Origin: Archangiaceae bacterium
Lineage (GTDB): Bacteria; Myxococcota; Myxococcia; Myxococcales; Myxococcaceae
DNA: 24,254 nucleotides
Reading direction: 5' to 3'
NCBI GenBank assembly: GCA_043750125.1
Contig: JAYVCD010000449.1
Coordinates: 1-24,254, forward strand
Shown here: in pieces, positions 8,298 through 16,919 of the stretch
Numbering within the stretch: position 1 is the stretch's first letter
How the letters are laid out: each line of letters begins with the position of its first letter
Notes under the pieces: model-generated
Seen by the model: the letters and a program-made list of their open reading frames with translations, nothing else
Databases searched by the model: none
What the model was told of the DNA's origin: nothing
Translations under genes and position numbers: made by a program

Positions 8298-8822
8298 TTA
8301 GACCCACCGTTCCCGCTGGCGCAGCGCATACATCGGCGCCGCGCCCAACAACAGTCCCAGGGACAGCCCGAACAGCCCCAGCGCTCCGGCCACCACACAC
8401 CCCAGCGCGCCGGTCAGCCCCGCCAGCACCGCGCCCGCCAGCAGCTCGTGCCAGCTGCCGCGCAATGAAGAGCCGACGAACAGCCCGGCCACCAGCCCGC
8501 CCACCACGCAGGTCGCGATGAACAACGTGCACCAGGTTCCGGTGGCACAGGCGTGTCCTCCCAGCGCCGCGCAGACTCCGAGGGAAAAGGGAGCCAGTCC
8601 GGCCAACACCCCCGGCAACACCACCCGCCCCATCCGTTGTCCCCGCCAGAGCAGGCCGACGGCAACCACCGCCAACAGCGCTCCGCAGATGAGAGATCGG
8701 GCCAGACAAGCGCAGCTCAAGCACGACAAGGCGGTGAGCGCGGGGACGAACAGCGCCAGCCGAAGCGCGTTTTTAAGCCGCCCCAGCTCGTAGGCGCGGC
8801 GTGCGGATTCAACGAGGACCAT
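8298..8822 (-). CDS. Cys-rich polytopic membrane protein, putative anti-sigma factor
   Basis: ATG 8822 overlaps the end of the ECF gene. About 5-6 Gly-rich TM segments and 9 Cys (SCLSCAC, HAC..WC..ATC, LGC). Confidence 0.75.
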   Translation of the reverse strand: MVLVESARRAYELGRLKNALRLALFVPALTALSCLSCACLARSLICGALLAVVAVGLLWRGQRMGRVVLPGVLAGLAPFSLGVCAALGGHACATGTWCTLFIATCVVGGLVAGLFVGSSLRGSWHELLAGAVLAGLTGALGCVVAGALGLFGLSLGLLLGAAPMYALRQRERWV

Positions 8823-9333
8823 GTTTCTCACTCCAGGCCAGGCGAAGGCGCCCCAGCGTCCGCTCGACACGTTTGCGAAAAGTGGCCCCGGGAAGACGTT
8901 CGCCCCGCGCGACCCGCATCAGGGTGTCGAGATCGGCTGCGTCCATCGTCCCCAGAACCTCGACCACCGCGGCGCTCAGCTGCGCGGCTTCAACTTCTTC
9001 TTCAGGGCTGCGCGAGGGGGCCACGTGGCTGGCGAGCACGTCCGCCGGCTCTTCTTTGCGGCGCTGCGTCTTCTTCCGCGCGGTCCGCACCTCGTAGGCT
9101 GCGATTCCGAAGGCCCAGGACAGCGCGTCGAGGCTGGGGTCGAACTCGGTGGCCCGCTCGAAAATTCGCAGCAGGGCCCCCTGGGTCACGTCCTCGCAAT
9201 CACAAGCGCAGATCTGCCTCGAGACGAACCGCTGCAGCAGCGGGCTCAAGACATCGAAGACCGGGCGGAATGCCGAGCGATCGCCGTCGCTCAAGCGCGT
9301 CATCCACTCCTGCAGCTGGAGTCGAGGGTTCAC
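8809..9333 (-). CDS. ECF sigma factor with CxCxC and a shortened sigma4
   Basis: GAGGA RBS before GTG. Sigma2 motifs GDRSAF, EDVTQ, FDP and SWAFGIA; C-terminal [15 protein letters not shown]. Confidence 0.85.
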   Translation of the reverse strand: MNPRLQLQEWMTRLSDGDRSAFRPVFDVLSPLLQRFVSRQICACDCEDVTQGALLRIFERATEFDPSLDALSWAFGIAAYEVRTARKKTQRRKEEPADVLASHVAPSRSPEEEVEAAQLSAAVVEVLGTMDAADLDTLMRVARGERLPGATFRKRVERTLGRLRLAWSEKHGPR

Positions 9334-9353
9334 CCGGTCCTCTTCACATCACG

Positions 9354-9476
9354 TTATGGGCAGAACGGGCAGCACCAGCCCGACGCGGTGGCGGCGGCCT
9401 GTCCAGCCCAGGCCAGCGCGGGAATGGCGGCGGCGGTCACTGCGAGCATCCACGGCTTGAGGATGAAGCGCTTCAT
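9354..9476 (-). CDS. 40-aa secreted peptide ending in WCCPFCP
   Basis: AAGGA RBS 5 nt before ATG. Sequence [40 protein letters not shown], with a basic N-terminus, hydrophobic core and A-W-A cleavage site. It ends 20 bp before the ECF start. Confidence 0.75.
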   Translation of the reverse strand: MKRFILKPWMLAVTAAAIPALAWAGQAAATASGWCCPFCP

Positions 9477-9644
9477 TTTGGTCCTTGGTTTCGAGGGAGC
9501 CCCAATGCCCCCGGCCAAGTAGGCCCACCGGTTCCGGAACGTGACCTTCGGGCAGTGGAAAAACCGTACGCCACTGAAAATGACCGTGCTAGGAGCGGCG
9601 CAGTTTCTCCCCGCTTTTTCGCCTGCAAAGTCGAAGGAAAACCC

Positions 9645-11192
9645 ATGCAAATCCGCGCCGACGAAATCAGCCGCATCATTCGCGATCAGATTCAGGACTA
9701 CGGGAAGAAGGTCACCATCTCGGAGACCGGCACCGTGCTCTCGGTCGGCGACGGAATCGCGCGCGTCTACGGGCTGGAAGGGGCGCAGTCGGGCGAGCTG
9801 GTCGAGTTCGCCAATGGGGTCCGCGGCCTGGTGCTCAACCTCGAGGAAGACAACGTCGGGGTCGCGATCATGGGTGACTTCGTCGCCATTCGCGAAGGCG
9901 ACACCGTCAAGCGCACTCAGCAGATCGCCTCGGTGCCCGTTGGGAAGGCGCTGCTGGGCCGGGTGGTCGACGCGCTCGGAGCTCCCATCGATGGCAAGGG
10001 GCCGATTGTCGGCGCCGAGCTCAAGCGACTCGAAGTGAAGGCGCCCGGAATCGTGAAGCGCAAGTCGGTGCACGAGCCGATGCAGACTGGAATCAAGGCG
10101 CTCGACGCGCTGGTTCCAATCGGTCGCGGTCAGCGCGAGCTGATCATCGGGGACCGGCAGACCGGGAAGACCGCGGTCGCGATCGACGCGATCATCAACC
10201 AGCGCGGCCAGAACATGTTCTGCGTCTACGTGGCGATCGGCCAGAAGCAGTCGACTGTCGCGCAGGTGGTCGACAAGCTCACCCGCCACAACGCGATGGA
10301 ATACACGATCGTCGTTGCGGCCAGCGCGTCGGACTCTGCCCCGATGCAGTTCTTCGCGCCCTACACCGGGGTGACGATGGCCGAGTACTTCCGCGACAAC
10401 AAGATGCACGCGCTGATCATCTACGACGACCTGTCGAAGCAGGCGGTCGCGTATCGCCAGCTGTCGTTGTTGCTGCGCCGGCCCCCGGGCCGCGAGGCGT
10501 ACCCCGGCGACGTCTTCTTCATTCATTCCCGCCTGCTCGAGCGCGCGGCGAAGCTGTCTGATGACCAGGGCGCTGGCAGCCTCACCGCGCTTCCGATCAT
10601 CGAGACCCAGGCCGGCGACGTGTCGGCGTACATCCCGACCAACGTGATTTCGATTACCGACGGGCAGATTTTCCTCGAGACCGACCTCTTCAACTCGGGC
10701 ATCCGTCCTGCGATCAACGTCGGTCTGTCGGTCTCGCGCGTCGGCTCGGCCGCGCAGATCAAGGCGATGAAGCAGGTCGCCGGCTCGATGAAGCTCGAGA
10801 TGGCGCAGTACCGGGAACTCGCGGCCTTCGCCCAGTTCGGTTCGGACCTCGACAAGGCGACTCAGGACATTCTTTCCCGCGGCGCTCGCCTCACCGAGCT
10901 GATCAAGCAGGGCCAGTACGAGCCGATGTCGGTCGGAAAGCAGGTGATGCAGATCTACACCGGCACCAACCGTGACGATCCCGGCAAGCGCGGCTGGCTG
11001 CGTGAGATTCCGGTCACCGATGTCGTGCGCTACTCGAAGGAATTTCTCTCGTTCTGCGACGCGAAGTTCCCCAACCTCGAGAAGAGCATCATCGAGAAGA
11101 AAGAGCTCACCGCCGAAATCAAGACCGAGCTGAACAAGGCGATCACCGAGTTCAACGCGATCTTCCAGAAGACCCCGGGCGCGAAGCTCTGA
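9645..11192 (+). CDS. atpA: F1 ATP synthase subunit alpha
   Basis: [24 protein letters not shown], Walker [38 protein letters not shown]; 515 aa. Confidence 0.98.
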   Translation: MQIRADEISRIIRDQIQDYGKKVTISETGTVLSVGDGIARVYGLEGAQSGELVEFANGVRGLVLNLEEDNVGVAIMGDFVAIREGDTVKRTQQIASVPVGKALLGRVVDALGAPIDGKGPIVGAELKRLEVKAPGIVKRKSVHEPMQTGIKALDALVPIGRGQRELIIGDRQTGKTAVAIDAIINQRGQNMFCVYVAIGQKQSTVAQVVDKLTRHNAMEYTIVVAASASDSAPMQFFAPYTGVTMAEYFRDNKMHALIIYDDLSKQAVAYRQLSLLLRRPPGREAYPGDVFFIHSRLLERAAKLSDDQGAGSLTALPIIETQAGDVSAYIPTNVISITDGQIFLETDLFNSGIRPAINVGLSVSRVGSAAQIKAMKQVAGSMKLEMAQYRELAAFAQFGSDLDKATQDILSRGARLTELIKQGQYEPMSVGKQVMQIYTGTNRDDPGKRGWLREIPVTDVVRYSKEFLSFCDAKFPNLEKSIIEKKELTAEIKTELNKAITEFNAIFQKTPGAKL

Positions 11193-11569
11193 TGCGAAAG
11201 ATTGCCCTTTGCCTTGCCGCGCTGGTGCTCGCGGGCTGCGCGCTGCGTCCGCGGTATGGGCAATTCGTCGGCAAAGAAACCCGCGCGCCGGTGAGGCTGC
11301 AGCTGCTCGAGAAGCAAAGCGGCCTCCCGGTCTCGGGCGCGGTGATCGAAGTGGGAGACAATCGGAAGGTCACCTTCAAGACCGATGAGCACGGCGTCTT
11401 CACCCTGCCGGTGGATCCTTTGCTGCTCAGCGACAACGCGCTGATTGTAGTCACCGCGCCCCGTGGCGTCAGCCGCACCCAGCTCGTTCCGGTCCCAGCG
11501 CCGGAGCTGCCGATGACTCGGCCACAGCCGGTCTTCGAAGTCGTCGACGGCGGAACCTCCACTTACTGA
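11192..11569 (+). CDS. Small lipoprotein with a carboxypeptidase-regulatory-like (prealbumin-fold) domain
   Basis: TGATG overlap with atpA; lipobox LAGC; motif G.PVSGAVI...KTDEHGVFTL. Confidence 0.8.
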   Translation: MRKIALCLAALVLAGCALRPRYGQFVGKETRAPVRLQLLEKQSGLPVSGAVIEVGDNRKVTFKTDEHGVFTLPVDPLLLSDNALIVVTAPRGVSRTQLVPVPAPELPMTRPQPVFEVVDGGTSTY

Positions 11570-11586
11570 AGCCGCGGGGCGAAGGG

Positions 11587-12144
11587 TTACTTCGACTTCT
11601 TCTTTGCAGCCTTGACCGCCGCGCCGGGCTTGAGCGGGACATCGCAATGGATGAACCGCCCGTCGATGAACGCGGCGAGGTACTTCCCGCCGGGGTGCCA
11701 GTAGACATTGCCCAACTTCGAGTCTTCGTGAAGGCCTGAGGCGTAGCAGACCGATTTTTTTCCACCGGCTTCGAACGCGTACCCGGGTCTCTCTCCGTCG
11801 AGGACCAGCTCGGTCAGCGCCCGGGCTCCGTTGGGGCCGGACAACGACGGCTTGGGCAGCCCAACCGCGTTCTTCCAGGCGTAGGGGGCGCGGTTCACGT
11901 CGGTGTAGCGGGCGCAGGAAAACACAGAGCCCATCCGTTCGAGCTCATTGAGCTCTTTGGGCCAGCTGGGGGGAATCGAATCTTCGGTGATGCAGAAGAA
12001 CAGCTCGGTCAGATCGTTGGGGCCTGAGACCGACTGGTAGATGAAGTAGCTGCCGTCTTTGGACCAACCGTAGAACGTGTCGCTGTCGGCGAGCGAAGGC
12101 AGAGCGAAGAGGCAGATGCCGAGGAAGGCAGTGCGGAGGTTCAC
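11587..12144 (-). CDS. Secreted hypothetical protein
   Basis: Signal peptide ending SLA-D. WSKDG and WHPGG turns resemble propeller blades; Lys-rich tail; 4-bp overlap with the upstream gene. Confidence 0.75.
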   Translation of the reverse strand: MNLRTAFLGICLFALPSLADSDTFYGWSKDGSYFIYQSVSGPNDLTELFFCITEDSIPPSWPKELNELERMGSVFSCARYTDVNRAPYAWKNAVGLPKPSLSGPNGARALTELVLDGERPGYAFEAGGKKSVCYASGLHEDSKLGNVYWHPGGKYLAAFIDGRFIHCDVPLKPGAAVKAAKKKSK

Positions 12145-13148
12145 GGGCTGGGCTCGTCCGGCGCCGCCACCGGCGCGGGCTTGACCGGCGCGGAACCTTC
12201 GCCGCCGCCGCCCATCTTTGCTTCTCGCGCCGCTTCGTCCGCAGTCCCGCCCACCGCCTCGATGCTCGTCTTCGGCATCTTGGCCTTCCCGGCGGCGGCC
12301 ACCGGCGAGGCGACCTTCACCGCGCGATCAAAGGCCAGCGCGGCATCTCCGACCTTGGTCGGAGTCGTCTGCCGCAGCTGCCTTCGCACTTTCGAAATCA
12401 CCAGCTGCACCACGTTCGGGTCCGGGTGCCGCTTCAGCGCCTCGACCCAGGTCTCGATCGCCTTCTCGTTCTCGCCGGCTTCCGCGCGCAGCTTTCCCGC
12501 CTCGAACAGCGCGTGCGGCTGCAGCTCTGAATCGGGAAATTTTTCAGCCAGCGATTCGAACGCCTTGAGCGCCTCGGGGTGCTTTCCGTCCATCATCGCC
12601 AGCGCCTGTCCGCGCAGCAGCAGCGCGTCATCGACGTAGGGCGAAGTCTCGAACTTGCGCACCATGCCCGCCGCTTCGAGCTCGGCCTGCTGGTAGTCGG
12701 CCAGCTCGAAATACAGCTTGGCCACCCGGTACGACAGCTCGGCCGACTGGGGGGGATTGCGCGCCAGCGCCGCGGTCAACTCGGTGATGGATCCCCGCAG
12801 GTCATGAAACTGGGTCTGAAGAATGTCGGCCAGGTGCAGTCGACCTTCGAGCGTCTCGGGCGCTTCCGGACACAGCTGGGACAGCTCGCGGTAGACCTCG
12901 ACCGCCCGCTTGAAGTCGCGCAGCTCGAGGTAATAGATGTCGGCCGCTCCCCGCAGGGCCCGAGCCCGGTAGACGGCCGCTTCCTTCGATTCGTCGCGGT
13001 CCAGCGAGTCGAGGGTGAGCCGGTATTCCTCGAGCGCCGCCTGGGGTTGGTGGATGTAGAGCTTTTCACGGGCGTTCTGCAGCCGAGTCGGAGCGTCCGT
13101 GCGCTTGCACGCACAAAGGCAAAGCAGGGCGGCAAGAAGAAATCGCAC
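12141..13148 (-). CDS. TPR-repeat lipoprotein (BamD/CpoB-like repeats)
   Basis: AGGA RBS before GTG 13148; lipobox LCAC; TPR units such as YRVAKLYFELADYQQA, FETSPYVDDALLLRG and FPDSELQPHALFEAG. Confidence 0.85.
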   Translation of the reverse strand: MRFLLAALLCLCACKRTDAPTRLQNAREKLYIHQPQAALEEYRLTLDSLDRDESKEAAVYRARALRGAADIYYLELRDFKRAVEVYRELSQLCPEAPETLEGRLHLADILQTQFHDLRGSITELTAALARNPPQSAELSYRVAKLYFELADYQQAELEAAGMVRKFETSPYVDDALLLRGQALAMMDGKHPEALKAFESLAEKFPDSELQPHALFEAGKLRAEAGENEKAIETWVEALKRHPDPNVVQLVISKVRRQLRQTTPTKVGDAALAFDRAVKVASPVAAAGKAKMPKTSIEAVGGTADEAAREAKMGGGGEGSAPVKPAPVAAPDEPSP

Positions 13149-13212
13149 AGCGCTTCCTACACCCGGGGCAGCACTTTCAGCGAGCGCCGTTGCCACCTTC
13201 GAAAGGCCCTCG

Positions 13213-15135
13213 TCAGGGGCAATTGCCCGTCGCCACCGGGCTCACCAATCGGCCGCTCGAAGCCAGGCAGGTGAGGATGCTGCGCAGGTGAATGCGCCCG
13301 GCCCCCGCGCCCCCTCCGCCGCCGGCCGACCCGGTGCCGTCTTCGGCCGGGGAAGGCCCGAGGGTCGCGCCGCCCTTCCCTCCGCTGCCGGCCTGGTCGC
13401 CGCCTTTTTCTCCGCCCGCCGCGGGGTTCGAGTCGTCCGGGTGGCCCTCTTCGCCCTCGGTGCCATCGTCCCCCTCGCGCGCTCCGCCCCCGCCACCGCC
13501 TCCGTGGGCGGTGACCAACGCGTTGCTCATCAACTTCAGCTGGTTCGCCTCGAGCAGGATTCCGCCGCCGCTGCCCGCCCCTGCTCCCCCTGCGTTGTAG
13601 GTCACGCCGCCCGCTCCGCCCCCGCCGTTGGCCGACACGCTTCCCTCGAGGGCGAGCGTGCCCGACACCGACAGCTGCACCGCTCCGCCGGCGCCTCCTC
13701 CCAGCGCGGCTTGTTGCCCGGCGAGCCCGCTGGCCCCGTCGCCCCCCGCGCACCCGCCGCGCAGCTGGGTCTGCGGGGGAACCAGGTAGGCCCCGCCGCC
13801 TTGGCCGCCCGAGAGGGGCAGACCCACCCCATTTCCCCCCTTCGTCCCCGCCTGGGCAAAGCCCGCTCCTCCGCCTCCCGCGGCGCTGAAGATGAGCGCA
13901 ATTCCGGGCTCGCCCTGCAGCAGACAGTTGCTCGCCGGGCCGCCCGCGCCGGAAACCGCACGTCGGGCGCTCGCCACCAGTCGTCCGGTGATGGTCGCAT
14001 CGCCATAGACCGCGAGCAGCACCGGCTGGCTTCCAGTCAGCCGCAGCTCGCCCGCCAGCAGCAGGCCCCCCATCGGCAGCACCACGATGTTTTGCACTCC
14101 GAGCCGATTGACGACGCGCGGAATCGGCAGGGTCTGGCTGCACCAGTTGCCGAAGGCCAACGTGTCCGAGTTGAAGGTCGAGACCCCACAGTCGAGGCGG
14201 ACCCTGGGGACGATGGCCGAGCTGGGAAGAGCAGGGTTGAACCCGTTGCTCGGCGGGAAGGGGAACCCGACGATGCACTCCCCATTGGTGCAGGTGCCTC
14301 CATCGCAGCTGCCGCTCTTCGCCGCGTAGCCGCAGCCCGCGTCGGGAAGGCAGCTGCCCGCACCCATCTGGCATTCATTGGGACTGACACAGCTGAGCGT
14401 GAGCCCCGCGGTGCACACTTTGGCCTGGCAGGTCTCGGCGAAGGTGCAGGCGTTGGTATCGGCGCAGCTCTTGTTCTTGCAGTCGTCGTCCGCGCAATCG
14501 ATGAGGCCGTCCTTGTCGTCGTCGATTCCGTCGTTGCACAGCTGCTCGGTCTTCGGCACCTCACACACTCCAATCGAAGTGCAGCGCCTGCCGAAGTTGC
14601 AGTCCTGCTTCAGGCAGTCGCCATCGAAACAGTCGACCAGACCGTCCCGGTCGTCGTCGATGCCGTTGCCGCACTGCTCGGGACCTCCGTCCGGCCCTGC
14701 GCCCGCGTCGATCATCCCCGCATCCATCCCCGCATCGACCCCGCCCGCATCGGTTGGACCCGCGTCGACGAACGCCGTCGCCCCGCCTTTGAGCACCAGC
14801 AAGATGTCGGGTGAAGCCTGGCCGCTGGCAAAATCGCAGTGCTCGACTTTGCTCGAGTCGACCGGCGTGCCGCTGCAGTCGGCGGCCAGATACCCTTTCG
14901 CCTGAACGTTGATCGAAGGGCCGGTGAAGTCGTCTTGCGCGATTCCCACCACCCGGTCTCTTCCGCCCCGAAGCAAGGGTCCGCTGGTCTGGCTCTGGTT
15001 GTTCTCGCCGGTGACGAAGACCTTCGCGCATTGAGCATCGGTGTCGAAGAAGCGCACCGCCACTTTGAGCCCGCCCCAGGGGGCCGAAGAGCAGGCGGTG
15101 AGAGCTCCAAGGACGATGAACGCGCGCAGTCGCAA
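13213..15135 (-). CDS. Myxobacterial lipoprotein with Cys/Asp metal-binding repeats and a Gly-rich C-terminal domain
   Basis: Likely TTG start at 15135 (the ORF is open to 15171). Lipobox LTAC, DAG repeats, two ExC.(N/D)GIDDD.DGL.DC motifs, and GGGAGGA.QL / GGGSGG.ILLEA repeats. Confidence 0.8.
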   Translation of the reverse strand: MRLRAFIVLGALTACSSAPWGGLKVAVRFFDTDAQCAKVFVTGENNQSQTSGPLLRGGRDRVVGIAQDDFTGPSINVQAKGYLAADCSGTPVDSSKVEHCDFASGQASPDILLVLKGGATAFVDAGPTDAGGVDAGMDAGMIDAGAGPDGGPEQCGNGIDDDRDGLVDCFDGDCLKQDCNFGRRCTSIGVCEVPKTEQLCNDGIDDDKDGLIDCADDDCKNKSCADTNACTFAETCQAKVCTAGLTLSCVSPNECQMGAGSCLPDAGCGYAAKSGSCDGGTCTNGECIVGFPFPPSNGFNPALPSSAIVPRVRLDCGVSTFNSDTLAFGNWCSQTLPIPRVVNRLGVQNIVVLPMGGLLLAGELRLTGSQPVLLAVYGDATITGRLVASARRAVSGAGGPASNCLLQGEPGIALIFSAAGGGGAGFAQAGTKGGNGVGLPLSGGQGGGAYLVPPQTQLRGGCAGGDGASGLAGQQAALGGGAGGAVQLSVSGTLALEGSVSANGGGGAGGVTYNAGGAGAGSGGGILLEANQLKLMSNALVTAHGGGGGGGAREGDDGTEGEEGHPDDSNPAAGGEKGGDQAGSGGKGGATLGPSPAEDGTGSAGGGGGAGAGRIHLRSILTCLASSGRLVSPVATGNCP

Positions 15136-15217
15136 ATCGTCCCAAGTGTCGCCCGCCCTCTGACTCAACACAAACGCCGTGGCAGTGGTCCGCGGCAGCA
15201 GTTATGGTTTCGCCCCC

Positions 15218-15835
15218 TTGGCCACCGACGATCTCACGCTCGTTCAGCGCGCCAAGACGGGGGATCAGCGGGCCTTCAAGGCGCTGGTCGAACGGTACCA
15301 ACGCAAAGTCTATTCGGTCGCGCTGGGCATGCTGAAGGACCGCGAAGAGGCACGCGACGCCGCTCAGGAAGCCTTCATCAAAGTCTACAAGTACATCGAG
15401 CACTTCAAGGGCGACTCGAGCTTCTACACCTGGCTCTACCGCATCACGGTGAACATCAGCATCGACATGATGCGCAAGCGAGGCAGCGCGAAAGGTCCGC
15501 ACTTCGAGTTCGACGAGACGATCGCCAACGACACGACCGAAGCGAACATCGGCGCGCTGGGCACCCGGCTGGGCACCAACCCGCAGAAGTCGATGTTGCG
15601 CAAAGAGCTCGCCGAGAAGATTCAGGCCGCGCTCGCCGAGGTGCCCGAGAACCACCGCGCGATCCTCCTGCTGCGCGAAATCGAAGGGATGAGCTACGAG
15701 GATCTCGCGCGCACCCTCGGGATTCCCAAGGGCACCGTGATGTCCCGACTGTTTCATGCCCGGCTGAAAGTTCAGAAAATCCTGAACGAATACATCGAGT
15801 TGGACGAGTCGAAGTCTGGCGTCGGCACTGAATAA
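15218..15835 (+). CDS. rpoE: ECF sigma factor, Myxococcus RpoE1-like
   Basis: TTG start giving (M)ATDDLTLV. FKGDSSFYTWLYRI and a full sigma4 LREIEGMSYEDLARTLGIPKGTVMSRLFHAR; closely resembles M. xanthus RpoE1 as I recall it. Confidence 0.92.
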   Translation: MATDDLTLVQRAKTGDQRAFKALVERYQRKVYSVALGMLKDREEARDAAQEAFIKVYKYIEHFKGDSSFYTWLYRITVNISIDMMRKRGSAKGPHFEFDETIANDTTEANIGALGTRLGTNPQKSMLRKELAEKIQAALAEVPENHRAILLLREIEGMSYEDLARTLGIPKGTVMSRLFHARLKVQKILNEYIELDESKSGVGTE

Positions 15836-15891
15836 GCACTCGAGTATTTCGTCGTGACGAAGTTGCCCCGCACTTTTCAAGAAGGTTCGCG

Positions 15892-16485
15892 ATGAAAAAT
15901 CCCGCCCGTAAGACTTTCGAGCCGCTCCTGTCGCCCTACGTCGACGGAGAGCTCTCGCCTGAAGAACGACTGGCGGTGGAACGCCACATCGCGGCCGACA
16001 AGAGCAGCGCCGCCCAGGTTGCCGACTTCCGGGCCGCTTCCGGGCTGACCCGCCTGTCCTTTGAAATGCTGGCCGATGAGCAGGACTTCACCGACTTTGC
16101 CAACCAGGTGATGGCGCGGGTCACGCCAGAGAAATTGCCCCTGCTCGAACGGGTCAAGCTTTCGGTTTCCGAAATGTTCACCTACCAGCGCGGGATGCTG
16201 GTGACCGTGGGGGCGATGGCCTGTGCGCTCGCGTTGATGGCCGCCGCGGTGGTGAAGCTGTCGGGTCAGGACCCCGAGGGCTACGCGAATGCCCGGGTCG
16301 AGGTGCAGAGCGTGTCCGTCGACACCGACGCCAAGGTCCGCCCGGTGGTGATGGAAACCGAGAAGGGCGACGCGATCATCTGGATGGTCGAAGACGCAAC
16401 GGTGAAGAAGGGCGACGACGCTCGGCGCGAAGAGCTCGACCTCGAGCCGGGCCCCGATGCCTCGAAGAAGGCGGGCGAGCTTTGA
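15892..16485 (+). CDS. Transmembrane anti-sigma factor with a degenerate zf-HC2 domain
   Basis: GAAGG RBS; LLSPYVDGELSPEE...VERH motif; one TM helix; lies directly after the ECF gene. Confidence 0.85.
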   Translation: MKNPARKTFEPLLSPYVDGELSPEERLAVERHIAADKSSAAQVADFRAASGLTRLSFEMLADEQDFTDFANQVMARVTPEKLPLLERVKLSVSEMFTYQRGMLVTVGAMACALALMAAAVVKLSGQDPEGYANARVEVQSVSVDTDAKVRPVVMETEKGDAIIWMVEDATVKKGDDARREELDLEPGPDASKKAGEL

Positions 16486-16889
16486 GACTCGCGGTCCTCG
16501 CGCTGGTCCTCTCTTCGGTGGCCCTGGCCGAAGAGCCGAAGGTCACGGTCAACGCCGAAGTGATTCACGCCCAGGTCAAGGCGGGAACCATCGAGCCCGG
16601 ACTTCAGGAAATGCAGATCGCGCTCTCGCAGGGAAAAAAGTACGGCGCGCTCAAACGCATCTCGACGCAGAAAGTGACGGTTCAGGGCAAACCGACCGTG
16701 CTCCCGCTGCCCAACGGAAAGAATGCCCAGCTGTCGTTGATGACCCTCGAGCTGGGCGTGGCCACGATCAAAGTGAAGGTCCCCCAGGGCGAGAGCACGC
16801 TGAAGCTCGGCCGCGACGGCTCGCTGTTCCAGCAGGCGGGCGAATGGCAGGGCGGAGATCTCTGGTTGGTGCTCAGCCAACCCAAGTAG
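16482..16889 (+). CDS. Secreted hypothetical protein
   Basis: TTGA overlap with the anti-sigma gene; signal peptide ending ALA-EE. Confidence 0.75.
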   Translation: MRLAVLALVLSSVALAEEPKVTVNAEVIHAQVKAGTIEPGLQEMQIALSQGKKYGALKRISTQKVTVQGKPTVLPLPNGKNAQLSLMTLELGVATIKVKVPQGESTLKLGRDGSLFQQAGEWQGGDLWLVLSQPK

Positions 16890-16892
16890 CAA

Positions 16893-16916
16893 ATCGCGGC
16901 CTAGAGTCGCCGCGAT
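16893..16916. repeat. 8-bp perfect inverted repeat (ATCGCGGC-N8-GCCGCGAT)
   Basis: Intergenic hairpin ending 3 nt before ATG 16920; no U-tract. Confidence 0.6.
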
Positions 16917-16919
16917 CCG

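Noticed and set aside
9354-9476. The micropeptide as precursor for the kinase/HopA1 pair
   Set aside because: It lies more than 3 kb away on the opposite strand, has a Sec-type signal rather than a RiPP leader, and is operonic with the ECF.
8553-9644. 879-aa ORF as an N-terminally extended AtpA fusion
   Set aside because: The extension is Arg/Pro-rich antisense of three minus-strand genes, and ATG 9645 has its own RBS and a canonical N-terminus.
15848-15861. Short dyad TTCGTC-GT-GACGAA between rpoE and the anti-sigma gene
   Set aside because: Single, short occurrence that could be chance; no U-tract and no second copy noticed.
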